Source of the DNA: an uncultured delta proteobacterium
GTDB lineage: Bacteria > Myxococcota_A > UBA9160 > SZUA-336
Direction of reading: 5' to 3'
Assembly: GCA_963704165.1 (NCBI GenBank)
Contig: CAVPHD010000011.1
Span: 64,001-128,000, forward strand
DNA length: 64,000 nucleotides
The stretch's first letter is position 1. The number at the start of each line of letters is the position of its first letter. A model generated the notes under the pieces. It ran no database searches, was not told the origin of the DNA, and worked only from the letters and a program-made list of their open reading frames with translations. Shown piece after piece: positions 46,751 to 56,049 of this stretch. The position numbers and the translations under genes are program-made.

Positions 46751-47887
46751 TCAGGATCGGAACGCGTCCGGCGGGTTCAGCGTTCCGAGGCAGACGCCGC
46801 GCGTGGCTCCGGTCGCGGCGGGAACGTTCGACGCCAAGCCGATGCTCGCGCAGTGGCCGAGCACCGCGAACGCGATCGCCTCGACCGCGCCGCTCGGCAC
46901 GCCGTGGCGATCGGTCGTCTCGACGGGTACCGGGGCGAGCCGCGCGCGCAGCCCCTCGAGCAGCGCGGGATTGTGGACGCCACCGCCGTAGAGAATCCAG
47001 CGCTGCGGAACCTCGGGAAAGAACTGCTCCGCGGCGCGCGCGACGCTCTCGACGGTCAGTCGCGCGAGCGTCGCGCACAGATCGTCGGAGCTGCCGCCGC
47101 GCGCGAGCACCGCGCTGCGCGCACGGTCGAAGAAGTCCGCGCCGAAGCGCTCGTGCCCCGTGCTCTTGGGCGGTGGCCTTCCGAAGTACGGATCGGCGAG
47201 CCACGTCTCGACGAGATCCAGGTGAGCGCGACCTCGCAGGCAGCGCACGCCGTCGCGATCGAAGCGCTCGACGCCCTCGCTCGCGAAGCGCGCGGCCCGA
47301 TCGATCAGCGCGTTCCCGGGACCCGGGTCGAAGGCGAGCACGCGCGAGGCGTCGCGATCCGGCAGGTAGCTCACGTTGGTGAAGCCACCGATGTTCAAGA
47401 CCGCACGCCGTTCCCCGGGATCCGCGAATCGGTAGAAGTGGAAGAACGGAGTCAGCGGCGCGCCCTGCCCGCCGGCCGCGAGATCCGCGCGTCTGAAGTC
47501 CGAAACGACCGGTCGTCCGGTCCGCTCGTGGATCAGCGAGGCCGCGCCGATCTGCAGCGTGCCGCGGACCTCCGACTCCGGATAGTGGCCGACGGTCTGC
47601 CCGTGCGAGCCGATCCCGCGGACCTCGTCGAGAGCCACGCCCGCATCCCGGACCACGCCGAGCGCGGCCGCGGCGAATCGCTCACCGAGCGCGACGTCGA
47701 GCTGCACGAGACCGCGGAGATCGACTCCGCCGGTCGCGAGCGCGTGGATGCGCGCGCGCAGGGACTCCTCGATCGGCTCTTCGCGGAACGCGAGCAGCTC
47801 GACGTCGCCCGGGTCCCGACCGATCCGCACGAGTGCCGCGTCGATCGCGTCCGCAGAGGTGCCCGACATCAGTCCGATCCAGAGCAC
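46751..47887 (-). CDS. anmK: Anhydro-N-acetylmuramic acid kinase
   Basis: GLMSGTSADAID, GSHGQTV, DLAAGGQGAPL, NIGGFTN, PPKSTGHE. Confidence 0.96.
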   Translation of the reverse strand: MLWIGLMSGTSADAIDAALVRIGRDPGDVELLAFREEPIEESLRARIHALATGGVDLRGLVQLDVALGERFAAAALGVVRDAGVALDEVRGIGSHGQTVGHYPESEVRGTLQIGAASLIHERTGRPVVSDFRRADLAAGGQGAPLTPFFHFYRFADPGERRAVLNIGGFTNVSYLPDRDASRVLAFDPGPGNALIDRAARFASEGVERFDRDGVRCLRGRAHLDLVETWLADPYFGRPPPKSTGHERFGADFFDRARSAVLARGGSSDDLCATLARLTVESVARAAEQFFPEVPQRWILYGGGVHNPALLEGLRARLAPVPVETTDRHGVPSGAVEAIAFAVLGHCASIGLASNVPAATGATRGVCLGTLNPPDAFRS

Positions 47888-47930
47888 GTCCCCCCTCCCG
47901 AAGTAGGCTTACCGCGAGGGGCGGGCCGCT

Positions 47931-48335
47931 TCAACTCTCGTCGCGTCGCTCCGTGCGAGTCGCGTTGGCGATGACCGCCGAATCGACCAGCGCGGGAACA
48001 CTGCAGCTCGCCTCGAGTACGTGTCGATCTGCCGACCGCAGGTCCATGAATCGCAGTCCCATGCCCGCGCTCGGACCCTTCTTGCCACCATAGCCCCGGG
48101 TCCAGCGCACCTCCGCGGCGGAGCAGATCCGGGTCCCCGTCGATCCACCGAGGTGCAGCACCAGCCGTAGCCGCGTGCCCGTGGGACGCGGTGCCAGACA
48201 CTGTACGAAGACGCCCGACTCCGACAGGTTCGCACCGTACCCGAGGAAATGCGTGCCACCGTCGTCCTCACGTACGCATTCGATGCGCATCGGAGGCCGG
48301 AGAAGCTTGCGCTTGGCCGGTGCCTGCGGAGCCAT
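47931..48335 (-). CDS. PilZ-domain protein
   Basis: KRKLLRPP (RxxxR), NLSESGVFV (D/NxSxxG), EVRW, GMGLRF. Confidence 0.85.
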   Translation of the reverse strand: MAPQAPAKRKLLRPPMRIECVREDDGGTHFLGYGANLSESGVFVQCLAPRPTGTRLRLVLHLGGSTGTRICSAAEVRWTRGYGGKKGPSAGMGLRFMDLRSADRHVLEASCSVPALVDSAVIANATRTERRDES

Positions 48336-48344
48336 CCAGACCCT

Positions 48345-48372
48345 TCATCGGCGGGAAACGTACGGTGCTTGA
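48345..48372 (-). promoter_or_regulatory. sigma28-like promoter of the PilZ gene
   Basis: Minus strand TCAA-N16-GCCGATGA. Confidence 0.65.
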
Positions 48373-48452
48373 CCCCGCTGTCGCCGGCCAAGCGTGTCTG
48401 TCTCCCCCCGTCCCACGACCGCGGTAGCCCCGTCTGATAAGCTCCGGCGGCG

Positions 48453-48758
48453 ATGAGCTCTCGAACGGATGAACGCTCTCGGATTCTCGGAGGCCTGCTC
48501 TGCTTCGGCGCCATCGCCGCGGCGGCGCTCTTTCTCGGCGGCGTGCTCGCAGGAAGCTACTGGGCGCTCGCGATCCCGGTTGCGATCGTCGTGCTCTTCG
48601 TGCTCGGACTGGTGAGCTGGATCGGCTGGACGATCGCGACCGTGCACGTCGAGGCCGAAGGCGAGCGCATCTCGGCGAGCGGCTCGGGCACGGGCGGCGC
48701 GGGCGGCGCGACCCGCGAGGGCTCCGGCCAAGACGGGAACCCGCCGAGCGCGAGCTGA
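48453..48758 (+). CDS. Small two-TM membrane protein, first gene of the GT/MT operon
   Basis: Two hydrophobic helices; 6 nt from the next gene. Confidence 0.7.
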   Translation: MSSRTDERSRILGGLLCFGAIAAAALFLGGVLAGSYWALAIPVAIVVLFVLGLVSWIGWTIATVHVEAEGERISASGSGTGGAGGATREGSGQDGNPPSAS

Positions 48759-48764
48759 GCCCCG

Positions 48765-50016
48765 ATGCGGATCGCCCTGCTCACCTACCGGGGGAACATG
48801 TTCTGTGGTGGACAGGGCGTGTACGCCGCTGCGCTCGCACGCGGGCTGCACGAGCTCGGCCACGAGGTCCACGTGATCGCGGGGCCGCCGGCGCCCGAAC
48901 TCGCGCCCGGAATCCCGCTGCACATGATCCCGAACGAGAACTTCTTCGCGCTGCCGATGGCCCAGGCGCTGCCGAAGGACGATCCGTTCCGCGCACTCGC
49001 CCCGGGTAACCTCTGGGAGCTCGGCCTGACACGTCTCGGTGTATTCCCGGAGATGACGGCCTTCGGCATCCGCCTGCTGATGCGCTGGGGCGAGCTGCAG
49101 CGGAAACACCGCTTCGACGTCGTGCTCGACAATCAGTCGCTGTCGTGGGGGCTCCTCGGACTCCAGGCCACCGGAATCCCCGTGACGGCGATGGTGCACC
49201 ACCCGCTGCACATCGACCGCATCGCGGACTTCGAGATCGATCCGCGCTTCCGGCGCAAGTGGCGACGAACGCTGTACTTCCCGCTGTTCATGCAGGAATT
49301 CGTGGTGCCCCGCCTGGCGCGGATCCTGACCGTCTCGAACGCCTCGGCGGCCGAGATCGAGCGCTACTTCCGCGTCCCACAGAAAGAGATCTCGGTCGTC
49401 TACAACGGAACCGACAGCGACGTGTTCCGCCCGCTCGATCGCCCGAAGGAGACGGACCTGATCTTCATCGGGCGCACGGAAGACCGGAAGAAGGGGATTC
49501 CGTACCTGCTCGACGCGCTCGCGCAGACGCCCGAGCACGTCACGCTGAAGATCGTCGACGGCCGCATTCCCGACGACGGGCTCGTACCGCGCAAGCTACG
49601 GGAACTCGGACTCGAGAAACGCGTCGTGTTGGTCAAGCGGATGCTCACCGTCGAAGAGCTGGTCGAGCAGTACTCCACGGCGCGGATCGCGCTGGTTCCG
49701 TCGTTCTTCGAGGGGTTCGGATTTCCCGCCTCCGAGGCGATGGCCTGCGGGCTACCGGTGATCGCGACCGTCGGCGGCGCACTTCCCGAGGTCGTGGGCA
49801 CGAGCGGAGACGCGGGCCGGGTCGGTTCCGTTCCGCGATCCGCCCGCACTGGCGGAGGCCATCACCGAGCTGTGTACCCTGCCGCACGAGCGCGTGGCCG
49901 AGATGGGCCGTGCGGCACGCCGCCGCGTCCAGCACGTCTTCTCCTGGCGCGAAGCGGCCGGGCGAACCGCCGACGTGCTCAGCGAGGTCGTGCGTGCTCA
50001 CCGTCGATCTCGATAG
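48765..50016 (+). CDS. GT4 glycosyltransferase, frameshifted near 49825
   Basis: MRIALLTYRG..CGGQGVY, EGFGFPASEAMACG. Confidence 0.88.
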
Positions 50017-50719
50017 GCTCGGCCTGCGCCGCGACGACTGGCTGCTCGACGCCGGCTGCGGCGGCGGGCGGCACTGCTTCGGCGCGCTCGACCGCGGCGT
50101 GCACACGGTCGGTTTGGACCTCGACACCGCCTCGCTCCGCATCGCGCGCGCCGGCATTCACGAGCGCCGCGGGCGTGCGGTCGAGAAGCTCCACGGCGGA
50201 GTCCTCCGCGGCGACGTCTTCCGCCTGCCGTTTCGCGACTCTGTCTTCGATCGCGTGATCTGCTCCGAAGTCATGGAGCACGTCCACGACTACGGCGCGG
50301 CGCTTCGGGAGCTCGTTCGCGTGCTCCGCCCGGGCGGAACCATCGGCGTGACGATTCCGACCGCGACCACCGAGTGGTTCTATCTCGCCGCGACGCGTCG
50401 GTACTTCGAGAGTCCCGGCGGACACATCCGCGTGTTCCGGCCGCGCGACCTCGCACTCGCGCTCTCGCGGGCCGGCGTGCGCGTGGACGGCGTGGGTTTC
50501 GCGCACTCGCTCCACACGCCGTACTGGCTGGTCCGCTCCGCGCTCGGACTCGACGACGAGTCGCCCGGCCCGACCCGCGCGCTCCGCGGTTTCCTGATCC
50601 GCGCCGCCGTCTCGCGCGTCTGGACGCGCGTCGAACACGCACTCGACTGGATCTGGCCCAAGAGCCTGGTGCTCTACGGCACGCGTGTCGCCACCGGGCG
50701 CCTCGACGGGACGGCGTGA
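49994..50719 (+). CDS. Class I SAM-dependent methyltransferase
   Basis: MLTVDLDRLG, LDAGCGGGRH, LPF..FDRVICSEVMEH. Confidence 0.9.
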   Translation: MLTVDLDRLGLRRDDWLLDAGCGGGRHCFGALDRGVHTVGLDLDTASLRIARAGIHERRGRAVEKLHGGVLRGDVFRLPFRDSVFDRVICSEVMEHVHDYGAALRELVRVLRPGGTIGVTIPTATTEWFYLAATRRYFESPGGHIRVFRPRDLALALSRAGVRVDGVGFAHSLHTPYWLVRSALGLDDESPGPTRALRGFLIRAAVSRVWTRVEHALDWIWPKSLVLYGTRVATGRLDGTA

Positions 50720-51997
50720 TGCGCATCGCTTTTCTGTGTTACCGCGGAAACATGAGGAGCGGGGGTCAGGGCATCTACCTGCACGCGCTCACGCGCGAGC
50801 TCGCCGAGCTCGGCTGCGAGATCGACGTCTTCGTGGGCCCGCCCTACCCCGATCCGATGCCCTGGGCACGCGTCACGCGGATCGAGAACCAGATGTTCTG
50901 GGGCAAGCGCTTCGAGAAGCGCCGCGGCGCATTTCTGCCCAAGCCCGATCCGTTCTCGATCCTGCGACCCACTCGAATTCTTCGAGTTCGCCGCGACGCG
51001 GTTCGGCTTTCTGCCCGAGCCCTTCGCCTTCAGCGTTCGAGGCGCCCTCGCTCTGCTGGCCGAAATCCGGAGGGGACGGCGCTACGACCTCGTTCACGAC
51101 GTTCAATCGGTGAGCTACGGACTCCTGCTCCTGCAGGCGCTCGGCTTGCCCGTGGTGACGACGATCCACCACCCGCTCTCGATCGACCTGCGCTCGAGCC
51201 TCGCGCGCGACAAGACGTTCTCGGAGCGCAAAGGCTCCCTCACGTTCTACCCCGTGCGCACGCAGGCGCGGACCGCGCGAAGGCTCGCCGCGATCCTCAC
51301 CTCGAGCGAGGCGTCGCGACGCGCGATCGTGCGCGATTTCGGTGTCGCTCGGGAACGCATCCACGACGTGCGCAACGGCGTCGAGCTGCCGCCACGTCCG
51401 ACGCGGCGCGAGCGGCCGGAAAAGCTCGAGCTGCTCTTCGTCGGTCGCTGCGGCGATCCGAACAAGGGCCTCGAGTTCCTGATCGAGGCGATGGCCCTCC
51501 TGCCGCTCGACGTCGGATTGCGCGTGCTCGACTACTTTCCGGCCCACACCGCGCTCGAGAAGAGGCTCCACGCCCTCCATCTCACGGGACGCGTGCGCTT
51601 CACGGGCAAGGTCTCGAGTGAGGAGCTGGCACGTGCGTACCGCGAATCCGTCGCCGTCGTCCTGCCTTCGCTCTTCGAGGGCTTCGGCCTGCCGGCGATC
51701 GAGGCGCTCGCCGCGGGGACGCCGATCGTCGCGTCGCGAGCGGGGGCGCTCCCGGAAGTGATCGCGGACGCCGGCACCGGCGCGCTCGTCCCCGCGCGCG
51801 ACCCCGCCGCGCTCGCGAAGGCGATCGGCGAGCTGCTCGGGAACTGGGAGTCGGCGCACGCTGCGGCGCTGGCGGCGCGGCCCCGGATCGAAGCGATCTT
51901 CGGCTGGCGTCCGACCGCCGAGCGCACGCTCGCGCTGTACGAGCGCGTGATCACCGAGTTCCACGCCAATCGGCGCGGTCACTGCGCCTCGAGATGA
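50719..51997 (+). CDS. GT4 glycosyltransferase, paralog of 48765, frameshifted near 50970
   Basis: MRIAFLCYRG..SGGQGIY, TIHHPL, EGFGLPAIEALAAG. Confidence 0.88.
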
Positions 51998-52769
51998 GAA
52001 GCGTCGATCTCGACCGCGACATGACGCACGTGATCCCGACCGGGACCACTCGGGACTCCGAGTACCTGTTCCGGCGCATGGAGGCCGAGACGCTCGCTGC
52101 GACGCGAGCCCGTGCGGGTGCGCGCGTGCTCGACTCGGCTGCTGGACTCGGTCAGGACAGCCGCGCACTCGCGCGCACCGGGGCACGAGCGGTCTGCGCC
52201 GAGCCTTCGCGGCGCATGGTCGAGCTCGCGAAGCTCGTCGCACTGAAGGAGGCGCCGACCGTCCAGAGCAGCGTCGTCTGGACGCGCGCCTGGTCCGAGT
52301 CCCTGCCGTTTCGCAAGGGCTCGTTCGACGCCGCGTTCTGCAAGGGCGCGCTCGATCACTTCGACGATCCCGAAGCCTGCATCGCGGAGCTCGCGCGCGT
52401 GACCCGGGACGAGGGGCGCGTCGTCCTCGCGGTCGCGAACTTCGAATCTCTCGGCTGCCGGCTGCAGCGTTTCGGAGATCGACTCCGGCGAAGGCCGGCT
52501 TCGGCGGGGCGACGCACGTACCACGTCCCCTCCGATCACTTCACGCGCTACGACCCGCGCACGCTGCGCGAGCAGGTCGGACGCCACGTCGAGATCCTCG
52601 AATTCCGGGGATCTCCCTTCTCTGGGGCGTGCGGAGCTGGGCTCGGCTGCTCGCGCGTCTGCCTGCGCCGTGGGCGAATGCGCTGCTCGTCGTCGCGGAT
52701 CGCATCGCATCGCGCTTTCCGACGCTCTCGGACGTGATCGTCGTCGCCGGGCGGCCACGCGGCCGCTGA
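51994..52769 (+). CDS. Class I SAM-dependent methyltransferase, frameshifted near 52615
   Basis: VLDSAAGLG, ESLPF..SFDAAFC..ALDHF. Confidence 0.8.
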
Positions 52770-52770
52770 C

Positions 52771-54162
52771 TCAATCGCTGCCGGGCTCCGGGGCACCCAT
52801 TTTCCGGTAGAACGTGCTGCGGCCGATGCCGAGCAGACTCGCCGCAGCGCGCACGTCGCCCTGGCTCCGGCGCAGCGCTTCCTCGAGACACGCGCGCTCG
52901 AAGGCTTCGAGGGACAGGGCGATGCCATCGGGAACCGTCGCTCGCGGCGCGCTGAAACCGCCCATGCGCAGATCGGCGACCGTCACGCGCGTGCCCTGCG
53001 CGAGGGCGACCGCGGCTTCGATCGTGTTCTCGAGCTCGCGCACGTTTCCTTCCCAGCGATGCGCGATCAGACGCTCGAGCGCCTGCGGCTCGAGACCGAC
53101 GATGCGCGTGCCCGCGGCGGCGCGTTCGAGGAAATGGCTGGCCAGAACCGCCACGTCCTCCGGGCGATCGCGAAGCGGTGGCAGCTGGATCGACACCACC
53201 CGCAAGCGGTAGAAGAGGTCGGAGCGGAATCGGTTCGCGCGCACCTCCGATGCGAGGTCGCGGTTGGTCGCCGCGATGATCCGCACGTCGATCGAGGAGG
53301 CCGTCGGCGAGCCGAGCGGCCGGATCTCGCGCTCTTGGATCGCGCGCAGGAGCTTCGACTGCAGCGAGACCGGGAGCTCGCCGATCTCGTCGAGAAAGAG
53401 CGTCCCGCCGTGGGCACTGCGAAACAGGCCCAGCGAGTCGCGCACCGCACCCGAGAACGCGCCGCGGACATACCCGAAGAGCTCGCCCTCGATGATCCCT
53501 TCGGGCAGGGCTCCGCAATCCACCGGCACGAACGCGCCGGCGCCACGGGGAGAAGTCTCGTGGATCGCGCGCGCGATCAGCTCCTTTCCCGTTCCGCTCT
53601 CGGCCTCGATCAGCACGTTGCTCTCGTTCGCCGAGAGATCCCGCACGGTCTGCAGGACGCGCTTCATCCCGGACGACTGCGCGATCACGCGCTCGAGCGC
53701 GGAGCGGCGGCCGAGCTCGCCCTCGAGCTCGCGATTGCGAACCCGCAGTCGTCGCCTCTCGAGCGCGCGATCGAGCGTCTGCCGAACGCGACGCGGATCG
53801 GCGAACGGCTTCTCCAGGTAGTCGAAGGCTCCCGCGCGCATGCACTCGACGGCGGAGTCGATGCTCGCATAGCCGGTCATCACGATCGTCTCCGTGTCCG
53901 GACAGCGCTCGCGCAGCTCGCCGATCAGATCGAGACCCGAAGCATCGCCGAGTCGCAGGTCGAGCAGAACGATCTCGGGCTCGCGCGCGAGCTGAGCTCG
54001 CAGGCGGCCCACATCGGTCGCTTCGACGACCTCGAAGCCGTCGCGCTCGAGCTGTCGCCGCAGAACGCGGACGATCGAGGGCTCGTCGTCGGCGATCAAC
54101 ACGCGCGTGCCAGACGACGGCCGTCGATTGGCGGAGATGTCGCTCGCGAGAGGGGGAACCAT
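52771..54162 (-). CDS. sigma54-dependent response regulator (GAFSGA variant)
   Basis: REC, ESGTGKE, GAFSGA, WEGNVREL, HTH. Confidence 0.9.
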   Translation of the reverse strand: MVPPLASDISANRRPSSGTRVLIADDEPSIVRVLRRQLERDGFEVVEATDVGRLRAQLAREPEIVLLDLRLGDASGLDLIGELRERCPDTETIVMTGYASIDSAVECMRAGAFDYLEKPFADPRRVRQTLDRALERRRLRVRNRELEGELGRRSALERVIAQSSGMKRVLQTVRDLSANESNVLIEAESGTGKELIARAIHETSPRGAGAFVPVDCGALPEGIIEGELFGYVRGAFSGAVRDSLGLFRSAHGGTLFLDEIGELPVSLQSKLLRAIQEREIRPLGSPTASSIDVRIIAATNRDLASEVRANRFRSDLFYRLRVVSIQLPPLRDRPEDVAVLASHFLERAAAGTRIVGLEPQALERLIAHRWEGNVRELENTIEAAVALAQGTRVTVADLRMGGFSAPRATVPDGIALSLEAFERACLEEALRRSQGDVRAAASLLGIGRSTFYRKMGAPEPGSD

Positions 54163-54170
54163 TCGCGTCG

Positions 54171-54198
54171 AGATCGGAGTCGGTCCGGCGATGCTTGA
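54171..54198 (-). promoter_or_regulatory. sigma28-like promoter of the 52771-54162 activator
   Basis: Minus strand TCAA-N16-TCCGATCT. Confidence 0.6.
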
Positions 54199-54244
54199 GC
54201 GTCCGCACGGCCTACCCTACACTGCGGAGCGGCGGGGGGGACGC

Positions 54245-55669
54245 GTGAATCGCAGCTCGACGGCTTGCGGCTCGGTTCTGGTCGTGGACGACGATGCGCT
54301 GTTCCGCGCCGCGCTCGTTCGCTACCTCGAAGGCGATGGCTTCGCCGTCGTCGCGGAGGGCGACCCGGGCGCCGCGATCGAACGTCTCGAGCAGCGCCCC
54401 TTCGATCTCGTCATCACCGACATGCGCATGCCGGGGATGGACGGCATCGCCTTCGTCCGACGCGTTCGCGCGATCGATCCCGAGGCCGTCTGCATCGTCG
54501 TCACCGGCTTCGGCAGTCCCGAGCGCTCGATCGAGGCCCTCGACGCAGGCGCGTTCTGGTTCATCGAGAAGAGCTACGAGCGACTCGCCTGCCTCGCGCC
54601 GCTGATCGCGAAGGCCATCGAATTCCGGCGCCTGCACGGCGCGAACCGCCAGCTGCAGCGTCAGCTCGAAACTCGTTACGGCTTCGAGAACATCGTCGGC
54701 GAGAGCGAAGCGCTGCGCGACACGCTCGAAATCGTGCGAAAAGTCGCGGACTCGGAAGCGACGGTCCTCGTCCTCGGCGAGAGCGGCGTCGGCAAGGAAC
54801 TGGTGGCGCGCGCGATCCACTACAACAGCCCGCGCGCGCAGCGCCCGTTCGTCGCCGTGAACTGCGGCGCGATCCCCGAGGAATTGCTCGAGAGCGAGCT
54901 CTTCGGACACGTGCGCGGCGCCTTCACCGGCGCGCTCCGCGACCGGATCGGGCGGTTCAGTGCGGCGAACGGCGGCACGCTCTTCCTCGACGAGATCGGC
55001 GACATGAGTCCGCAGCTCCAGACCAAGCTCTTGCGCGCGATCCAGGAGCGCGAGTTCGAGCCGGTCGGCTCGTCACGGACCGAGCGCGTGGACGTGCGCA
55101 TCGTCGCCGCCACGAATCAGAACCTGCCGCAGCTGATTCGCGAGCGGCGATTCCGCGAGGATCTCTACTTCCGACTGGCGGTGGTTCCGATCGAGGTACC
55201 CGCACTGCGCCACCGGCGAGAGGACATTCCGCTCCTCGTCCGATCCTTCATCGAAGTGCAGCGGCGTGCCTACCCCGAGATCCAGGGCGTGACGGAGGCC
55301 GCGGTGAAGCGGCTGGTCGAGTACGACTGGCCGGGAAACGTGCGCGAGCTTCAAGCGCTGATCGAACGGCTCACGATTCTGCGTCGGAGCGGTTGGATCG
55401 ACGAGCCCGAGCTTCCGTCGAACATCGCCGGGAACGGCCTCGAGCGGCCGATCGTGTCGCTGCCGGCCACGGGGGTCGATTTCGAAGCCTTGGTTTCCTC
55501 GTATGAGCACGAGCTGATCGTGCAGGCGCTCGAGGCGACGGCCTGGAACAAGAACCGCGCATCGCAGCTGCTCGGGCTCAAGCGCACGACCCTGGTCGAG
55601 AAGATCCGATCGAAGGGCATCGCCGCGCCAGACTCCGATCCGCCTCCGGACCGGCCGCGGTCGAGATAG
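54245..55669 (+). CDS. sigma54-dependent response regulator with FleQ/FlrA-like C-terminal HTH
   Basis: REC (ITDMRMP), GESGVGKE, GAFTGA, LLGLKRTTLVEKIR. Confidence 0.92.
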   Translation: MNRSSTACGSVLVVDDDALFRAALVRYLEGDGFAVVAEGDPGAAIERLEQRPFDLVITDMRMPGMDGIAFVRRVRAIDPEAVCIVVTGFGSPERSIEALDAGAFWFIEKSYERLACLAPLIAKAIEFRRLHGANRQLQRQLETRYGFENIVGESEALRDTLEIVRKVADSEATVLVLGESGVGKELVARAIHYNSPRAQRPFVAVNCGAIPEELLESELFGHVRGAFTGALRDRIGRFSAANGGTLFLDEIGDMSPQLQTKLLRAIQEREFEPVGSSRTERVDVRIVAATNQNLPQLIRERRFREDLYFRLAVVPIEVPALRHRREDIPLLVRSFIEVQRRAYPEIQGVTEAAVKRLVEYDWPGNVRELQALIERLTILRRSGWIDEPELPSNIAGNGLERPIVSLPATGVDFEALVSSYEHELIVQALEATAWNKNRASQLLGLKRTTLVEKIRSKGIAAPDSDPPPDRPRSR

Positions 55670-55733
55670 GGGTCCGTACACGCGCAGAACGCCACGCAAA
55701 GCCGGACCGAGTGACGCCGGTGTCGCGCGCTGC

Positions 55734-55760
55734 TAAAGAAGTCGAGCGCGGCACCGATGC
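55734..55760 (+). promoter_or_regulatory. sigma28-type promoter of the flgM-like gene
   Basis: TAAA-N15-ACCGATGC. Confidence 0.65.
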
Positions 55761-55789
55761 GGGAATCAGGGCCACCCGAAGGAGCCAGC

Positions 55790-56029
55790 ATGGCCAAGCG
55801 CGACGAACGAGGCCGGACCCCGAGCGAGCCGGGTCCCGCTTCCGACGAATCCCAGCTCGACGACCTCTACTCGGTCGAGTACCTGGCCGACGTCGCCGGC
55901 GGCAATGCCCGCGCCGAGCGCCTCGAAGAGTTGAAGCGTCGAATCGCACTCGGCGCGTACCATCCCGCCGCCGATGCGATCGCGGCCGACATGCTGTCCC
56001 GGGTCGGGCTCGGGTCCGACGAGGACTGA
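55790..56029 (+). CDS. flgM: FlgM-like anti-sigma28 factor (79 aa)
   Basis: RAERLEELKRRIALGAYHPAADAIAADML matches the FlgM C-terminal pattern R.ekv..lK..I..G.Y.v....IA..l; AAGGAG SD. Confidence 0.72.
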   Translation: MAKRDERGRTPSEPGPASDESQLDDLYSVEYLADVAGGNARAERLEELKRRIALGAYHPAADAIAADMLSRVGLGSDED

Positions 56030-56049
56030 AGCGACGCCCTGACGCTCCG

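Noticed and set aside
48765..50719. Apparent GT-methyltransferase fusion ORFs
   Set aside because: Products of a frameshift near 49825; the methyltransferase has its own GTG start at 49994.
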